This document shows, one piece after another, positions 14,501-29,200 of a stretch of DNA of 64,000 nucleotides. Source of the DNA: Eledone cirrhosa. Taxonomy: Eukaryota. Location: NCBI GenBank assembly GCA_964016885.1, contig OZ024740.1:3410001-3474000 (forward strand), written 5' to 3'. The first letter of the stretch is position 1. Each line of letters begins with the position of its first letter. The position numbers and the translations under genes were made by a program. The notes beneath the pieces are model-generated. The model saw only the letters and a list, made by a program, of their open reading frames with translations. It had not been told where the DNA came from and did not search any database.

Positions 14501-17500
14501 AAACTATCACTGGTGCTAAATAAAATATCACTGGTACTAAATAAACTATCACTGGTACTAAATAAACTATCACTGGTACTAAATAAACTATCACTGGTAC
14601 TAAATAAACTATCACCGGTACTAAATAAACTATCACTGGTACTAAATAAACTATCACTGGTACTAAATCAACTATCACCGGTACTAAATAAACTATCACT
14701 TGTACTAAATAAACTATCACTGGTACTAAATAAACTATCACTGGTGCTAAATAAACCATCACCGGTACTAAATAAACTATCACTGGTACTAAATAAACTA
14801 TCACTGGTACTAAATAAACTATCACTTTGTGCTAAATAAACTATCACTGGTACTAAATAAACTATTACTGGTACTAAATAAACTATCACTGGTACTAAAT
14901 AAACTATCACTTTGTGCTAAATAAACTATCACTGGTACTAAATAAACTATCACTGGTACTAAATAAACTATCACTGGTGCTACATAAACCATCACTTGTG
15001 CTAAATAAACTATTACTAGTGCTAAATAAACTATTACTGGTACTAGATAAAGGATCACTTGTGCTAAATAAACCATCACTGGTGCTAAATAAACTATTAC
15101 TGGTGCTAAATAAACTATCACTGGTGCTGAATAAACTATCACTGGCGCTAAATAAACTATCACCGGTATTAAATAAACTATCACTGGTACTAAATAAACT
15201 ATCACTGGTACTAAATAAACTATCACTTTGTGCTAAATAAACTATCACTGGTACTAAATAAACTATTACTGGTGCTAAATAAACTATTACTGGTACTAAA
15301 TAAACTATTACTGGTACTAAATAAACTATTACTGGTACTAAATAAACGATCACTGGTACTAAATAAACTATCACTTTGTGCTAAATAAACTATCACTGGT
15401 ACTAAATAAACTATCACTTTGTGCTAAATACACTATCACTGGTACTAAATAAACTATTACTGGTGCTAAATAAACTATTACTGGTGCTGAATAAACTATC
15501 ACTGGTGCAAAATAAACCATCTCTAGTGCTAAATAAACTATCACTGGTGCTAAATAAACTATTACTGGTACTAAATAAACTATTACTGGTGCTAAATAAA
15601 CTATTACTGGTACTAAACAAACGATAACTGGTGCTAAATAACCCATCACTGGTGCTAAATAAACTATCACTGGTGCTAAATAGAATATCACTGGTACTAA
15701 ATAAACTATCACTGGTACTAAATAAACTATCACTGGTACTAAATAAACTATCACTGGTGCTAAATAAACCATCACCGGTACTAAATAAACTATCACTGGT
15801 ACTAAATAAACTATCACTGGTACTAAATAAACTATCACTTTGTGCTAAATAAACTATCACTGGTACTAAATAAACTATTACTGGTACTAAATAAACTATC
15901 ACTGGTACTAAATAAACTATCACTTTGTGCTAAATAAACTATCACTGGTAGTAAATAAACTATCACTGGTACTAAATAAATTATCACTGGTGCTAAATAA
16001 ACTATCACTGGTGCTAAATAAACTATCACTGGTACTAAATAAACTATCACCGGTACTAAATAAACTATCACTTGTACTAAATAAACTATCACTGGTACTA
16101 AATAAACTATCACTGGTGCTAAATAAACCATCACCGGTACTAAATAAACTATCACTGGTACTAAATAAACTATCACTGGTACTAAATAAACTATCACTTT
16201 GTGCTAAATAAACTATCACTGGTACTAAATAAACTATCACTGGTACTAAATAAACTATCACTGGTGCTAAATAAACTATCACTGGTACTAAATAAACTAT
16301 TACTGGTACTAAATAAACTATCACTGGTACTAAATAAACTATCACTTTGTGCTAAATAAACTATCACTGGTACTAAATAAACTATCACTGGTACTAAATA
16401 AACTATCACTGGTGCTAAATAAACTATCACTGGTACTAAATAAACTATCACCGGTAGTAAATAAACTATCACTTGTACTAAATAAACTATTACTGGTGCT
16501 AAATAAACTATTACTGGTGCTAAATAAACTATTACTGGTACTAAATAAACTATTACTGGTGCTAAAAAAACTATTACTGGTGCTAAATAAACTATTACTG
16601 GTACTAAATAAACGATAACTGGTGCTAAATAACCCATCACTGGTGCTAAATAAACTATCACTGGTGCTAAATAAAATATCACTGGTACTAAATAAACTAT
16701 CACTGGTACTAAATAAACTATCACTGGTACTAAATAAACTATCACTGGTACTAAATAAACTATCACCGGTACTAAATAAACTATCACTGTTACTAAATAA
16801 ACTATCACTGGTACTAAATAAACTATCACCGGTACTAAATAAACTATCACTTGTACTAAATAAACTATCACTGGTACTAAATAAACTATCACTGGTGCTA
16901 AATAAACCATCACCGGTACTAAATAAACTATCACTGGTACTAAATAAACTATCACTGGTACTAAATAAACTATCACTTTGTGCTAAATAAACTATCACTG
17001 GTACTAAATAAACTATTACTGGTACTAAATAAACTATCACTGGTACTCAATAAACTATCACTTTGTGCTAAATAAACTATCACTGGTACTAAATAAACTA
17101 TCACTGGTACTAAATAAACTATCACTGGTGCTAAATAAACTATCACTGGTACTAAATAAACTATCACTGGTGCTAAATAAACTATCACTGGTACTAAATA
17201 AACTATCACTGGTGCTAAATAAACTAACACTGGTACTAAATAAACTATCACTGGTACTAAATAAACCATCACTGGTGATAAATAAACCATCACTGGTACT
17301 AAGTAAACTATCACTGGTGCTGAATAAACTATCACTGGTACTAAATAAACTATCACTGGTACTAAATAAACCATCAGTGGTACTAAATAAACTATCACTG
17401 GTACTAAATAAACCATCACTGGTGATAAATGAACCATCACTGGTACTAAATAAACTATTACTGGTGCTAAATAACTATCACTGGTGCTAAATAAACTATC

Positions 17501-20500
17501 ACTGGTACTAAATAACCTATCACTGGTGTCAAATAAACCTTCTCTAGTGCTAAGTAAACTATCACTGGTGCTGAAGAAATTATCACTGGTACTAAATATA
17601 CTATCACTGGTGCTAAATAAACCATCTCTAGTGCTAAATAAACTATCACTGGTGCTAAATAAAGTATCACTGGGACTAAATAAACTATCACTGTTACCAA
17701 ATAAACTATCACTGGTACTAAATAAACCATCTCTAGTGCTAAATAAACTATCACTGGTACTAAATAAACTATCACTAGTGCTAAATACAATATCACTGAT
17801 GCTAAATAAAGTATCACTGGTACTAAATAAACTATCACTGGTACTAAATAAACTATCACTGTACTAAATAAAGTATCTCTGGTACTAAATAAATTATCAC
17901 TGGTATTAAATAAACTATCACTGGTACTAAATAAACTATCACTGGTGCTAAATAAAATATAACTGGTGCTAAATAAACTATCACTAGTACTAAATAAACT
18001 ATCACTGGTACTAAATAGACTATCACTGGTGCTAAATAAACTATCACTGGTGCTAAATAAACCATCACTGAAGCTAAATAAACCATCACTGGTACTAAAT
18101 AAACTATCACTGGTGCTAAATAAACTATCACTGGTGCTTAATAAACTATCAGTGGTGCTAGATAAACCATCTCTAGTGCTAAGTAAACTATCACTGGTGC
18201 TAAATAAATCATCTCTAGTGCTAAATAAACTATCACCGGTACTAAATAAACTATCACTGGTACTAAATAAACTATCACTGGTACTAAATAAACTATCACT
18301 GGTACTAAATATAATATCACTGGTACTAAATAAACTATCACTGGTGCTAAATAAACTATCACTGGTGCTAAATAAACTATCACTGGTACTAGATAAACTA
18401 TCACTGCTGCTAAATAAACCATCTCTAGTGCTACAGAAACTATCACTGGTGCTAAATAAACTATCACTGGTGCTAAATAAACTATCACTAGTACTAAATA
18501 AACTATCACTGGTGCTAAATTAACTATCACTGGTGCTAAATAAACCATCTCTAGTGCTAAATAAACTATCACTGGTGCTAAATAAACCATCACTGGTGTT
18601 TAATAAACTATCACTGGTGCTGAATAAACTATCACTGGTGCTAAATAAACCATCTCTAGTGCTAAATAAACTATCACCGGTACTAAATAAACTATCACTG
18701 GTACCAAATAAACTATCACTGGTACTAAATAAACTATCACTGGTACTAAATAAACTATCACTGGTACTAAATAAACTATCACTGGTGCTAAATAAACTAT
18801 CACTGGTGCTAAATAAACTATCACTGGTACAAAATAAACTATCACTGGTGCTAAATAGACTATCACTGGTGCTTAATAAACTATCACTGGTGCTAGATAA
18901 ACCATCTCTAGTGCTAAGTAAACTATCACTGGTGCTAAATAAATCATCTCTAGTGCTAAATAAACTATCACCGGTACTAAATAAACTATCACTGGTACTA
19001 AATAAACTATCACTGGTACTAAATAAACTATCACTGGTACTAAATAAACTATCACTGGTACTAAATAAACTATCACTGGTGCTAAATAAACTATCACTGG
19101 TGCTAAAGAAACTATCACTGGTACTAGATAAACTATCACTGGTGCTAAATAAACCATCTCTAGTGCTTCAGAAACTATCACTGGTGCTAAATAAACTATC
19201 ACTGGTGCTAAATAAACTATCACTAGTACTAAATAAACTATCACTGGTGCTATATAAACCATCTCTAGTGCTAAATAAACTATCACTGGTGCTAAATAAA
19301 CTATCTCTGGTACTATATATACTATCACTGGTGCTAAATAAACTATCACTAGTACTAAATAAACTATCACTGGTGCTAAATAAACCATCTCTAGTACTAA
19401 ATAAACTATCACTGGTGCTAAATTAACCATCTCTTGTGCTACATAAACTATCACTGGTACTAAATAAACTACCGCTGGTGCAAGATAAACTATCACTGGT
19501 GCTAAATAAACTATCACTGGTGCTAAATAAACTACCACAGCTGCTAAATAAACTATCACTGGTGCTAAATAAACTATCAGTAGTACTGAATAAACTATCA
19601 CTGGTGCTAAATTAACTATCACTGGTGCTAAATAAACTACCACTGGTGCTAAATAAACTATCACTGGTGCTAAATAAACTATTACTGGTGCTGAATAAAC
19701 TATCACTGGTGCTAAATAAACTATCACCGGTATTAAATAAACTATCACTGGTGCTAAATAAAATAACACTGATGCTAAATGAAATATCACTGGTACTAAA
19801 TAAACTATCACTGGTACTAAATAAACTATCACTGTACTAAATAAAGTATCACTGGTACTAAATAAATTATCACTGGTATTAAATAAACTATCACCGGTAC
19901 TAGATAAACTATCACTGGTGCTAAATAAACTATCACTGGTGCTAAATAAACTATCACTGGTACAAAATAAACTATCACTGGTACTAAATAAAATATTACT
20001 GGTGCTAAATAAACTATCACTGGTGCTAAATAAACTATCACTGGTGCTAAATAAACTATCACTGGTACTAAATAAACCATCACTGGTGATAAATAAACCA
20101 TCACTGGTACTAAGTAAACTATCACTGGTGCTGAATAAACTATCACTGGTACTAAATAAACTATCACTGGTACTAAATAAACCATCAGTGGTACTAAATA
20201 AACTATCACTGGTACTAAATAAACCATCACTGGTGATAAATAAACCATCACTGCTACTAAATAAACTATTACTGGTGCTAAATAACTATCACTAGTGTTA
20301 AATAAACTATCACTGGTACTAAATAACCTATCACTGGTGTCAAATAAACCTTCTATAGTGCTAAGTAAACTATCACTGGTGCTGAAGAAATTATCACTGG
20401 TACTGAATATACTATCACTGGTGCTAAATAAACCATCTCTAGTGCTAAATAAACTATCACTGGTGCTAAATAAAGTATCACTGGGACTAAATAAACTATC

Positions 20501-23500
20501 ACTGTTACCAAATAAACTATCACTGGTGCTAAATAAACCATCTCTAGTGCTAAATAAACTATCACTGGTACTAAATAAACTATCACTAGTGCTAAATACA
20601 ATATCACTGATGCTAAATAAAGTATCACTGGTACTAAATAAACTATCACTGGTACTAAATAAACTATCACTGTACTAAATAAAGTATCTCTGGTACTAAA
20701 TAAATTATCACTGGTATTAAATAAACTATCACTGGTACTAAATAAACTATCACTGGTACTAAATAAACTATCACTGGTACTAAATAAACTATCACTTTGT
20801 GCTAAATAAACTATCACTGGTACTAAATAAACTATTACTGGTACTAAATAAACTATCACTGGTACTAAATAAACTATCACTTTGTGCTAAATAAACTATC
20901 ACTGGTACTAAATAAACTATCACTGGTACTAAATAAACTATCACTGGTGCTAAATAAACTATCACTGGTACTAAATAAACTATCACCGGTAGTAAATAAA
21001 CTATCACTTGTACTAAATAAACTATTACTGGTGCTAAATAAACTATTACTGGTGCTAAATAAACTATTACTGGTACTAAATAAACTATTACTGGTGCTAA
21101 AAAAACTATTACTGGTGCTAAATAAACTATTACTGGTACTAAATAAACGATAACTGGTGCTAAATAACCCATCACTGGTGCTAAATAAACTATCACTGGT
21201 GCTAAATAAAATATCACTGGTACTAAATAAACTATCACTGGTACTAAATAAACTATCACTGGTACTAAATAAACTATCACTGGTACTAAATAAACTATCA
21301 CCGGTACTAAATAAACTATCACTGTTACTAAATAAACTATCACTGGTACTAAATAAACTATCACCGGTACTAAATAAACTATCACTTGTACTAAATAAAC
21401 TATCACTGGTACTAAATAAACTATCACTGGTGCTAAATAAACCATCACTGGTACTAAATAAACTATCACTGGTACTAAATAAACTATCACTGGTACTAAA
21501 TAAACTATCACTTTGTGCTAAATAAACTATCACTGGTACTAAATAAACTATTACTGGTACTAAATAAACTATCACTGGTACTAAATAAACTATCACTTTG
21601 TGCTAAATAAACTATCACTGGTACTAAATAAACTATCACTGGTACTAAATAAACTATCACTGGTGCTAAATAAACTATCACTGGTACTAAATAAACTATC
21701 ACTGGTGCTAAATAAACTATCACTGGTACTAAATAAACTATCACTGGTGCTAAATAAACTAAAACTGGTACTAAATAAACTATCACTGGTACTAAATAAA
21801 CCATCACTGGTGATAAATAAACCATCACTGGTACTAAGTAAACTATCACTGGTGCTGAATAAACTATCACTGGTACTAAATAAACTATCACTGGTACTAA
21901 ATAAACCATCAGTGGTACTAAATAAACTATCACTGGTACTAAATAAACCATCACTGGTGATAAATAAACCATCACTGGTACTAAATAAACTATTACTGGT
22001 GCTAAATAACTATCACTGGTGCTAAATAAACTATCACTGGTACTAAATAACCTATCACTGGTGTCAAATAAACCTTCTCTAGTGCTAAGTAAACTATCAC
22101 TGGTGCTGAAGAAATTATCACTGGTACTAAATATACTATCACTGGTGCTAAATAAACCATCTCTAGTGCTAAATAAACTATCACTGGTGCTAAATAAAGT
22201 ATCACTGGGACTAATTAAACTATCACTGTTACCAAATAAACTATCACTGGTACTAAATAAACCATCTCTAGTGCTAAATAAACTATCACTGGTACTAAAT
22301 AAACTATCACTAGTGCTAAATACAATATCACTGATGCTAAATAAAGTATCACTGGTACTAAATAAACTATCACTGGTACTAAATAAACTATCACTGTACT
22401 AAATAAAGTATCTCTGGTACTAAATAAATTATCACTGGTATTAAATAAACTATCACTGGTACTAAATAAACTATCACTGGTGCTAAATAAACTATCACTG
22501 GTACTAAATAAAATATAACTGGTGCTAAATAAACTATCACTAGTACTAAATAAACTATCACTGGTACTAAATAAACTATCACTGGTGCTAAATAAACTAT
22601 CACTGGTGCTAAATAAACCATCACTGGAGCTAAATAAACTATCACTGGTACTAAATAAACTATCACTGGTGCTAAATAAACTATCACTGGTGCTTAATAA
22701 ACTATCACTGGTGCTAAATAAATCATCTCTAGTGCTAAATAAACTATCACCGGTACTAAATAAACTATCACTGGTACTAAATAAACTATCACTGGTACTA
22801 AATAAACTATCACTGGTACTAAATAAAATATCACTGGTACTAAATAAACTATCACTGGTGCTAAATAAACTATCACTGGTGCTAAATAAACTATCACTGG
22901 TACTAGATAAACTATCACTGCTGCTAAATAAACCATCTCTAGTGCTACAGAAACTATCACTGGTGCTAAATAAACTATCACTGGTGCTAAATAAACTATC
23001 ACTAGTACTAAATAAACTATCACTGGTGCTAAATTAACTATCACTGGTGCTAAATAAACCATCTCTAGTGCTAAATAAACTATCACTGGTGCTAAATAAA
23101 CCATCACTGGTGTTTAATAAACTATCACTGGTGCTGAATAAACTATCACTGGTGCTAAATAAACCATCTCTAGTGCTAAATAAACTATCACCGCTACTAA
23201 ATAAACTATCACTGGTACCAAATAAACTATCACTGGTGCTAAATAAACTATCACTGGTGCTAAATAAACCATCACTGGTGCTAAATAAACCATCACTGGA
23301 GCTAAATAAACTATCACTGGTACTAAATAAACTATCACTGGTGCTAAATAAACTATCACTGGTGCTTAATAAACTATCACTGGTGCTAGATAAACCATCT
23401 CTAGTGCTAAGTAAACTATCACTGGTGCTAAATAAATCATCTCTAGTGCTAAATAAACTATCACCGGTACTAAATAAACTATCACTGGTACTAAATAAAC

Positions 23501-26217
23501 TATCACTGGTACTAAATAAACTATCACTGGTACTAAATAAACTATCACTGGTACTAAATAAACTATCACTGGTGCTAAATAAACTATCACTGGTGCTAAA
23601 TAAACTATCACTGGTACTAGATAAACTATCACTGGTGCTAAATAAACCATCTCTAGTGCTACAGAAACTATCACTGGTGCTAAATAAACTATCACTGGTG
23701 CTAAATTAACTATCACTGGTGGTAAATAAACCATCTCTAGTGCTAAATAAACTATCACTGGTGCTAAATAAACTATCTCTGGTACTATATATACTATCAC
23801 TGGTGCTAAATAAACGATCACTGGTGCTAAATAAACCATCTCTAGTACTAAATAAACTATCACTGGTGCTAAATTAACCATCTCTAGTGCTACATAAACT
23901 ATCACTGGTACTAAATAAAATACCGCTGGTGCAACATAAACTATCACTGGTGCTAAATAAACTATCACTGGTGCTAAATAAACTACCACAGGTGCTAAAT
24001 AAACTATCACTGGTGCTAAATAAACTATCAGTAGTACTAAATAAACTATCACTGGTGCTAAATTAACTATCACTGGTGCTAAATAAACTACCACTGGTGC
24101 TAAATAAACTATCACTGGTGCTAAATAAACTATCAGTAGTACTAAATAAACTATCACTGGTGCTAAATTAACTATCACTGGTGCTAAGTAAACCATCTCT
24201 AGTGCTAAATAAACTATCACTGGTGCTAAATAAACCATCTTTAGGGCTAAATAAACTATCACTGTTACTAAATAAACTATCACTGGTGCTAAATTAACTA
24301 TCACTGGTGCTAAATAAACCATCTCTAGTGCTAAATAAACTATAACTGGTGCTAAATAAACTATCACTGGTACTATATAAACTATCATTGCTGCTAAATA
24401 AATTATCACTGGTACTAAATAAACTATCACTGGTGCTAGATAAACCATCTCTAGTGCTAATTAAACTATCACTGGTGCTAAATAAACTATCACTGGTACT
24501 AAATAAACTATCACTGGTGCTAAATAGAACATCGCTAGTGCTAAATAAACTATCACTGGTGCTAAATAAACTATCACTGGAACTAAATAGACCATCACTG
24601 GTGATAAAGAAACCATCACTGGTACTAAATAAACTATCACTGGTGCTAAATAAACCATCACTGGTACTAACTTAACCATCACTGGTACTAAATAAACTAT
24701 CACTGGTGCTAAATAAACTATCACTGGTACTATATAAACGATCACTGGTACTATATAAACTATTACTGGTGCTAAATAAACTATTACTGGTACTAAATAA
24801 ACGATCACTGGTGCTAAATAAACCATCACTTGTGCTAAATAAACTATTACTGGTGCTAAATAAACTATTACTGGTACTAAATAAAGGATCACTGGTGCTA
24901 AATAAACCATCACTGGTGCTAAATAAACTATTACTGGTGCTAAATAAACTATTACTGGTGCTGAATAAACTATCACTGGTGCTAAATAAACTATCACCGC
25001 TATTAAATAAAATATCACTGGTACTAAATAAACTATCACTGGTGCTAAATAAACTATCACTGGTGCTAAATAAACTATCACTGCTACTAGATAAACTATC
25101 ACTGGTGCTAAATAAACCATCTCTAGTGCTACAGAAACTATCACTGGTGCTAAATAAACTATCACTGGTGCTAAATAAACTATCACTAGTACTAAATAAA
25201 CTATCACTGGTGCTAAATTAACTATCACTGGTGCTAAATAAACCATCTCTAGTGCTAAATAAACTATCACTGGTGCTAAATAAACTATTTCTGGTACTAT
25301 ATATACTATCACTGGTGCTAAATAAATGATCACTGGTGCTAAATAAACCATCTCTAGTACTAAATAAACTATCACTGGTGCTAAATTAACCATCTCTAGT
25401 GCTACATAAACTATCACTGGTACTAAATAAAATACCGCTGGTGCAACATAAACTATCACTGGTGCTAAATAAACTATCACTGGTGCTAAATAAACTACCA
25501 CAGGTGCTAAATAAACTATCACTGGTGCTAAATAAACTATCAGTAGTACTAAATAAACTATCACTGGTGCTAAATTAACTATCACTGGTGCTAAATAAAC
25601 TACCACTGGTGCTAAATAAACTATCACTGGTGCTAAATAAACTATCAGTAGTACTAAATAAACTATCACTGGTGCTAAATTAACTATCACTGGTGCTAAG
25701 TAAACCATCTCTAGTGCTAAATAAACTATCACTGGTGCTAAATAAACCATCTTTAGGGCTAAATAAACTATCACTGGTACTAAATAAACTATCACTGGTG
25801 CTAAATTAACTATCACTGGTGCTAAATAAACCATGTCTAGTGCTAAATAAACTATAACTGGTGCTAAATAAACTATCACTGGTACTATATAAACTATCAT
25901 TGCTGCTAAATAAATTATCACTGGTACTAAATAAACTATCACTGGTGCTAGATAAACCATCTCTAGTGCTAATTAAACTATCACTGGTGCTAAATAAACT
26001 ATCACTGGTACTAAATAAACTATCACTGGTGCTAAATAGAACATCGCTAGTGCTAAATAAACTATCACTGGTGCTAAATAAACTATCACTGGAACTAAAT
26101 AGACCATCACTGGTGATAAAGAAACCATCACTGGTACTAAATAAACTATCACTGGTGCTAAATAAACCATCACTGGTACTAACTTAACCATCACTGGTAC
26201 TAAATAAACTATCACTG

Positions 26218-29200
26218 GTGCTAAATAAACTATCACTGGTACTAAATAAACGATCACTGGTACTAAATAAACTATTACTGGTGCTAAATAAACTATTACT
26301 GGTACTAAATAAACGATCACTGGTGCTAAATAAACCATCACTTGTGCTAAATAAACTATTACTGGTGCTAAATAAACTATTACTGGTACTAAATAAAGGA
26401 TCACTGGTGCTAAATAAACCATCACTGGTGCTAAATAAACTATTACTGGTGCTAAATAAACTATTACTGGTGCTGAATAAACTATCACTGGTGCTAAATA
26501 AACTATCACCGGTATTAAATAAAATATCACTGGTACTAAATAAACTATCACTGGTGCTAAATAAACTATCACTGGTACTAGATAAACTATCACTGGTGCT
26601 AAATAAACCATCTCTAGTGCTACAGAAACTATCACTGGTGCTAAATAAACTATCACTGGTGCTAAATAAACTATCACTAGTACTAAATAAACTATCACTG
26701 GTGCTAAATTAACTATCACTGGTGCTAGATAAACCATCTCTAGTGCTAAATAAACTATCACTGGTGCTAAATAAACTATTTCTGGTACTATATATACTAT
26801 CACTGGTGCTAAATAAACTATCACTGGTGCTAAATTAACTATCACTGGTGCTAAATCAACCATCTCTAGTGCTAAATAAACTATAACTGGTGCTAAATAA
26901 ACTATCACTGGTGCTAAATAAACTATCACTGGTGCTAAATAAACTATACGTAGTACTAAATAAACTATCACTGGTGCTAAATTAACTATCACTGGTGCTA
27001 AGTAAACCATCTCTAGTGCTAAATAAACTATCACTGGTGCTAAATAAACCATCTCTAGGGCTAAATAAACTATCACTGGTACTAAATAAACTATCACTGG
27101 TGCTAAACTAACTATCACTGGTGCTAAATCAACCATCTCTAGTGCTAAATAAACTATAACTGGTGCTAAATAAACTATCACTGGTACTATATAAACTATC
27201 ATTGCTGCTAAATAAATTATCACTGGTACTAAATAAACTATCACTGGTGCTAGATAAACCATCTCTAGTGCTAATTAAACTGTCACTGGTGCTAAATAAA
27301 CTATCACTAGTACTAAATAAACTATCACTGGTGCTAAATTAACTATCACTGGTGCTAAATAAACCATCTCTAGTGCTAAATAAAGTATCACTGGTGCTAA
27401 ATAAACTATCACTGGTACTAAATTGACCATCACTGGTGATAAATAAACCATCACTGGTACTAAATAAACTATCACTGGTGCTAAATAAACTATCACTGGT
27501 ACTAAATTAACCATCACTGGTACTAAATAAACTATCACTGGTGCTAAATAAACTATCACTGGTACTAAATAAACGATCACTGGTACTAAATAAACTATTA
27601 CTGGTGCTACATAAACTATTACTGGTACTAAATAAACGATCACTGGTGCTAAATAAAGCATCACTTGTGCTAAATAAACTATTACTGGTGCTAAATAAAC
27701 TATTACTGGTACTAAATAAAGGATCACTGGTGCTAAATAAACCATCACTGGTGCTAAATAAACTATTACTGGTGCTAAATAAACTATTACAGGTGCTGAA
27801 TAAACTATCACTGGTGCTAAATAAACTATCACCGGTATTAAATAAACTATCACTGGTACTAAATAAACTATCACTGGTACTAAATAAACTATCACTTTGT
27901 GCTAAATAAACTATCACTGGTACTAAATAAACTATTACTGGTGCTAAATGAACTATTACTGGTACTAAATAAACTATTACTGCTACTAAATAAACTATTA
28001 CTGGTACTAAATAAACGAACACTGGTACTAAATAAACTATCACTTTGTGCTAAATAAACTATCACTGGTACTAAATAAACTATCACTTTGTGCTAAATAA
28101 ACTATCACTGGTACGAAATAAACTATTACTGGTGCTAAATAAACTATTACTGGTGCTGAATAAACTATCACTGGTGCAAAATAAACCATCTCTAGTGCTA
28201 AATAAACTATCACTGGTACTAAATAAACTATCACTGGTGCTAAATAAACTATCACCGGTATTAAATAAACTATCACTGGTACTAAATAAACTATCACTGG
28301 TACTAAATAAACTATCACTTTGTGCTAAATAAACTATCACTGGTTCTAAATAAACTATTACTGGTGCTAAATAAACTATTACTGGTACTAAATAAACTAT
28401 TACTGGTGCTAAATAAACTATTACTGGTGCTAAATAAACTATCACTGGTTCTAAATAAACTATTACTGGTGCTAAATAAACTATCACTGGTGCTAAATAA
28501 ACTATCACTGGTGCTAAATAAAATATCACTGGTACTAAATAAACTATCACTGGTACTAAATAAACTATCACTGGTACTAAATAAACTATCACTGGTTCTA
28601 AATAAACTATCACTGGTACTAAATAAACTATCACTTGTGCTACATAAACTATCACTGGCGCTAAATAAACTATCACTGGTACTAGATAAACTATCACTGG
28701 TGCTAAATAAACCATCTCTTGTGCTACAGAAACTATCACTGGTGCTAAATAAACTATCACTGGTGCTAAATAAACTATCACTAGTACTAAATAACTATCA
28801 CTGGTGCTAAATTAACTATCACTGGTGCTAAATAAACCATCTCTAGTGCTAAGTAAACTATCACTGGTGCTAAATAAACTATCTCTGGTACTATATATAC
28901 TATCACTGGTGCTAAATAAATTATCACTGGTGCTAAATAAACCATCTCTAGTACTAAATAAACTATCACTGGTGCTAAATTAACCATCTCTAGTGCTACA
29001 TAAACTATCACTGGTACTAAATAAACTACCGCTGGTGCAACATAAACTATCACTGGTGCTAAATAAACTATCACTGGTGCTAAATAAACTACCACAGGTG
29101 CTAAATAAACTATCACTGGTGCTAAATAAACTATCAGTAGTACTAAATAAACTATCACTGGTGCTAAATTAACTATCACTGGTGCTAAATAAACTACCAC

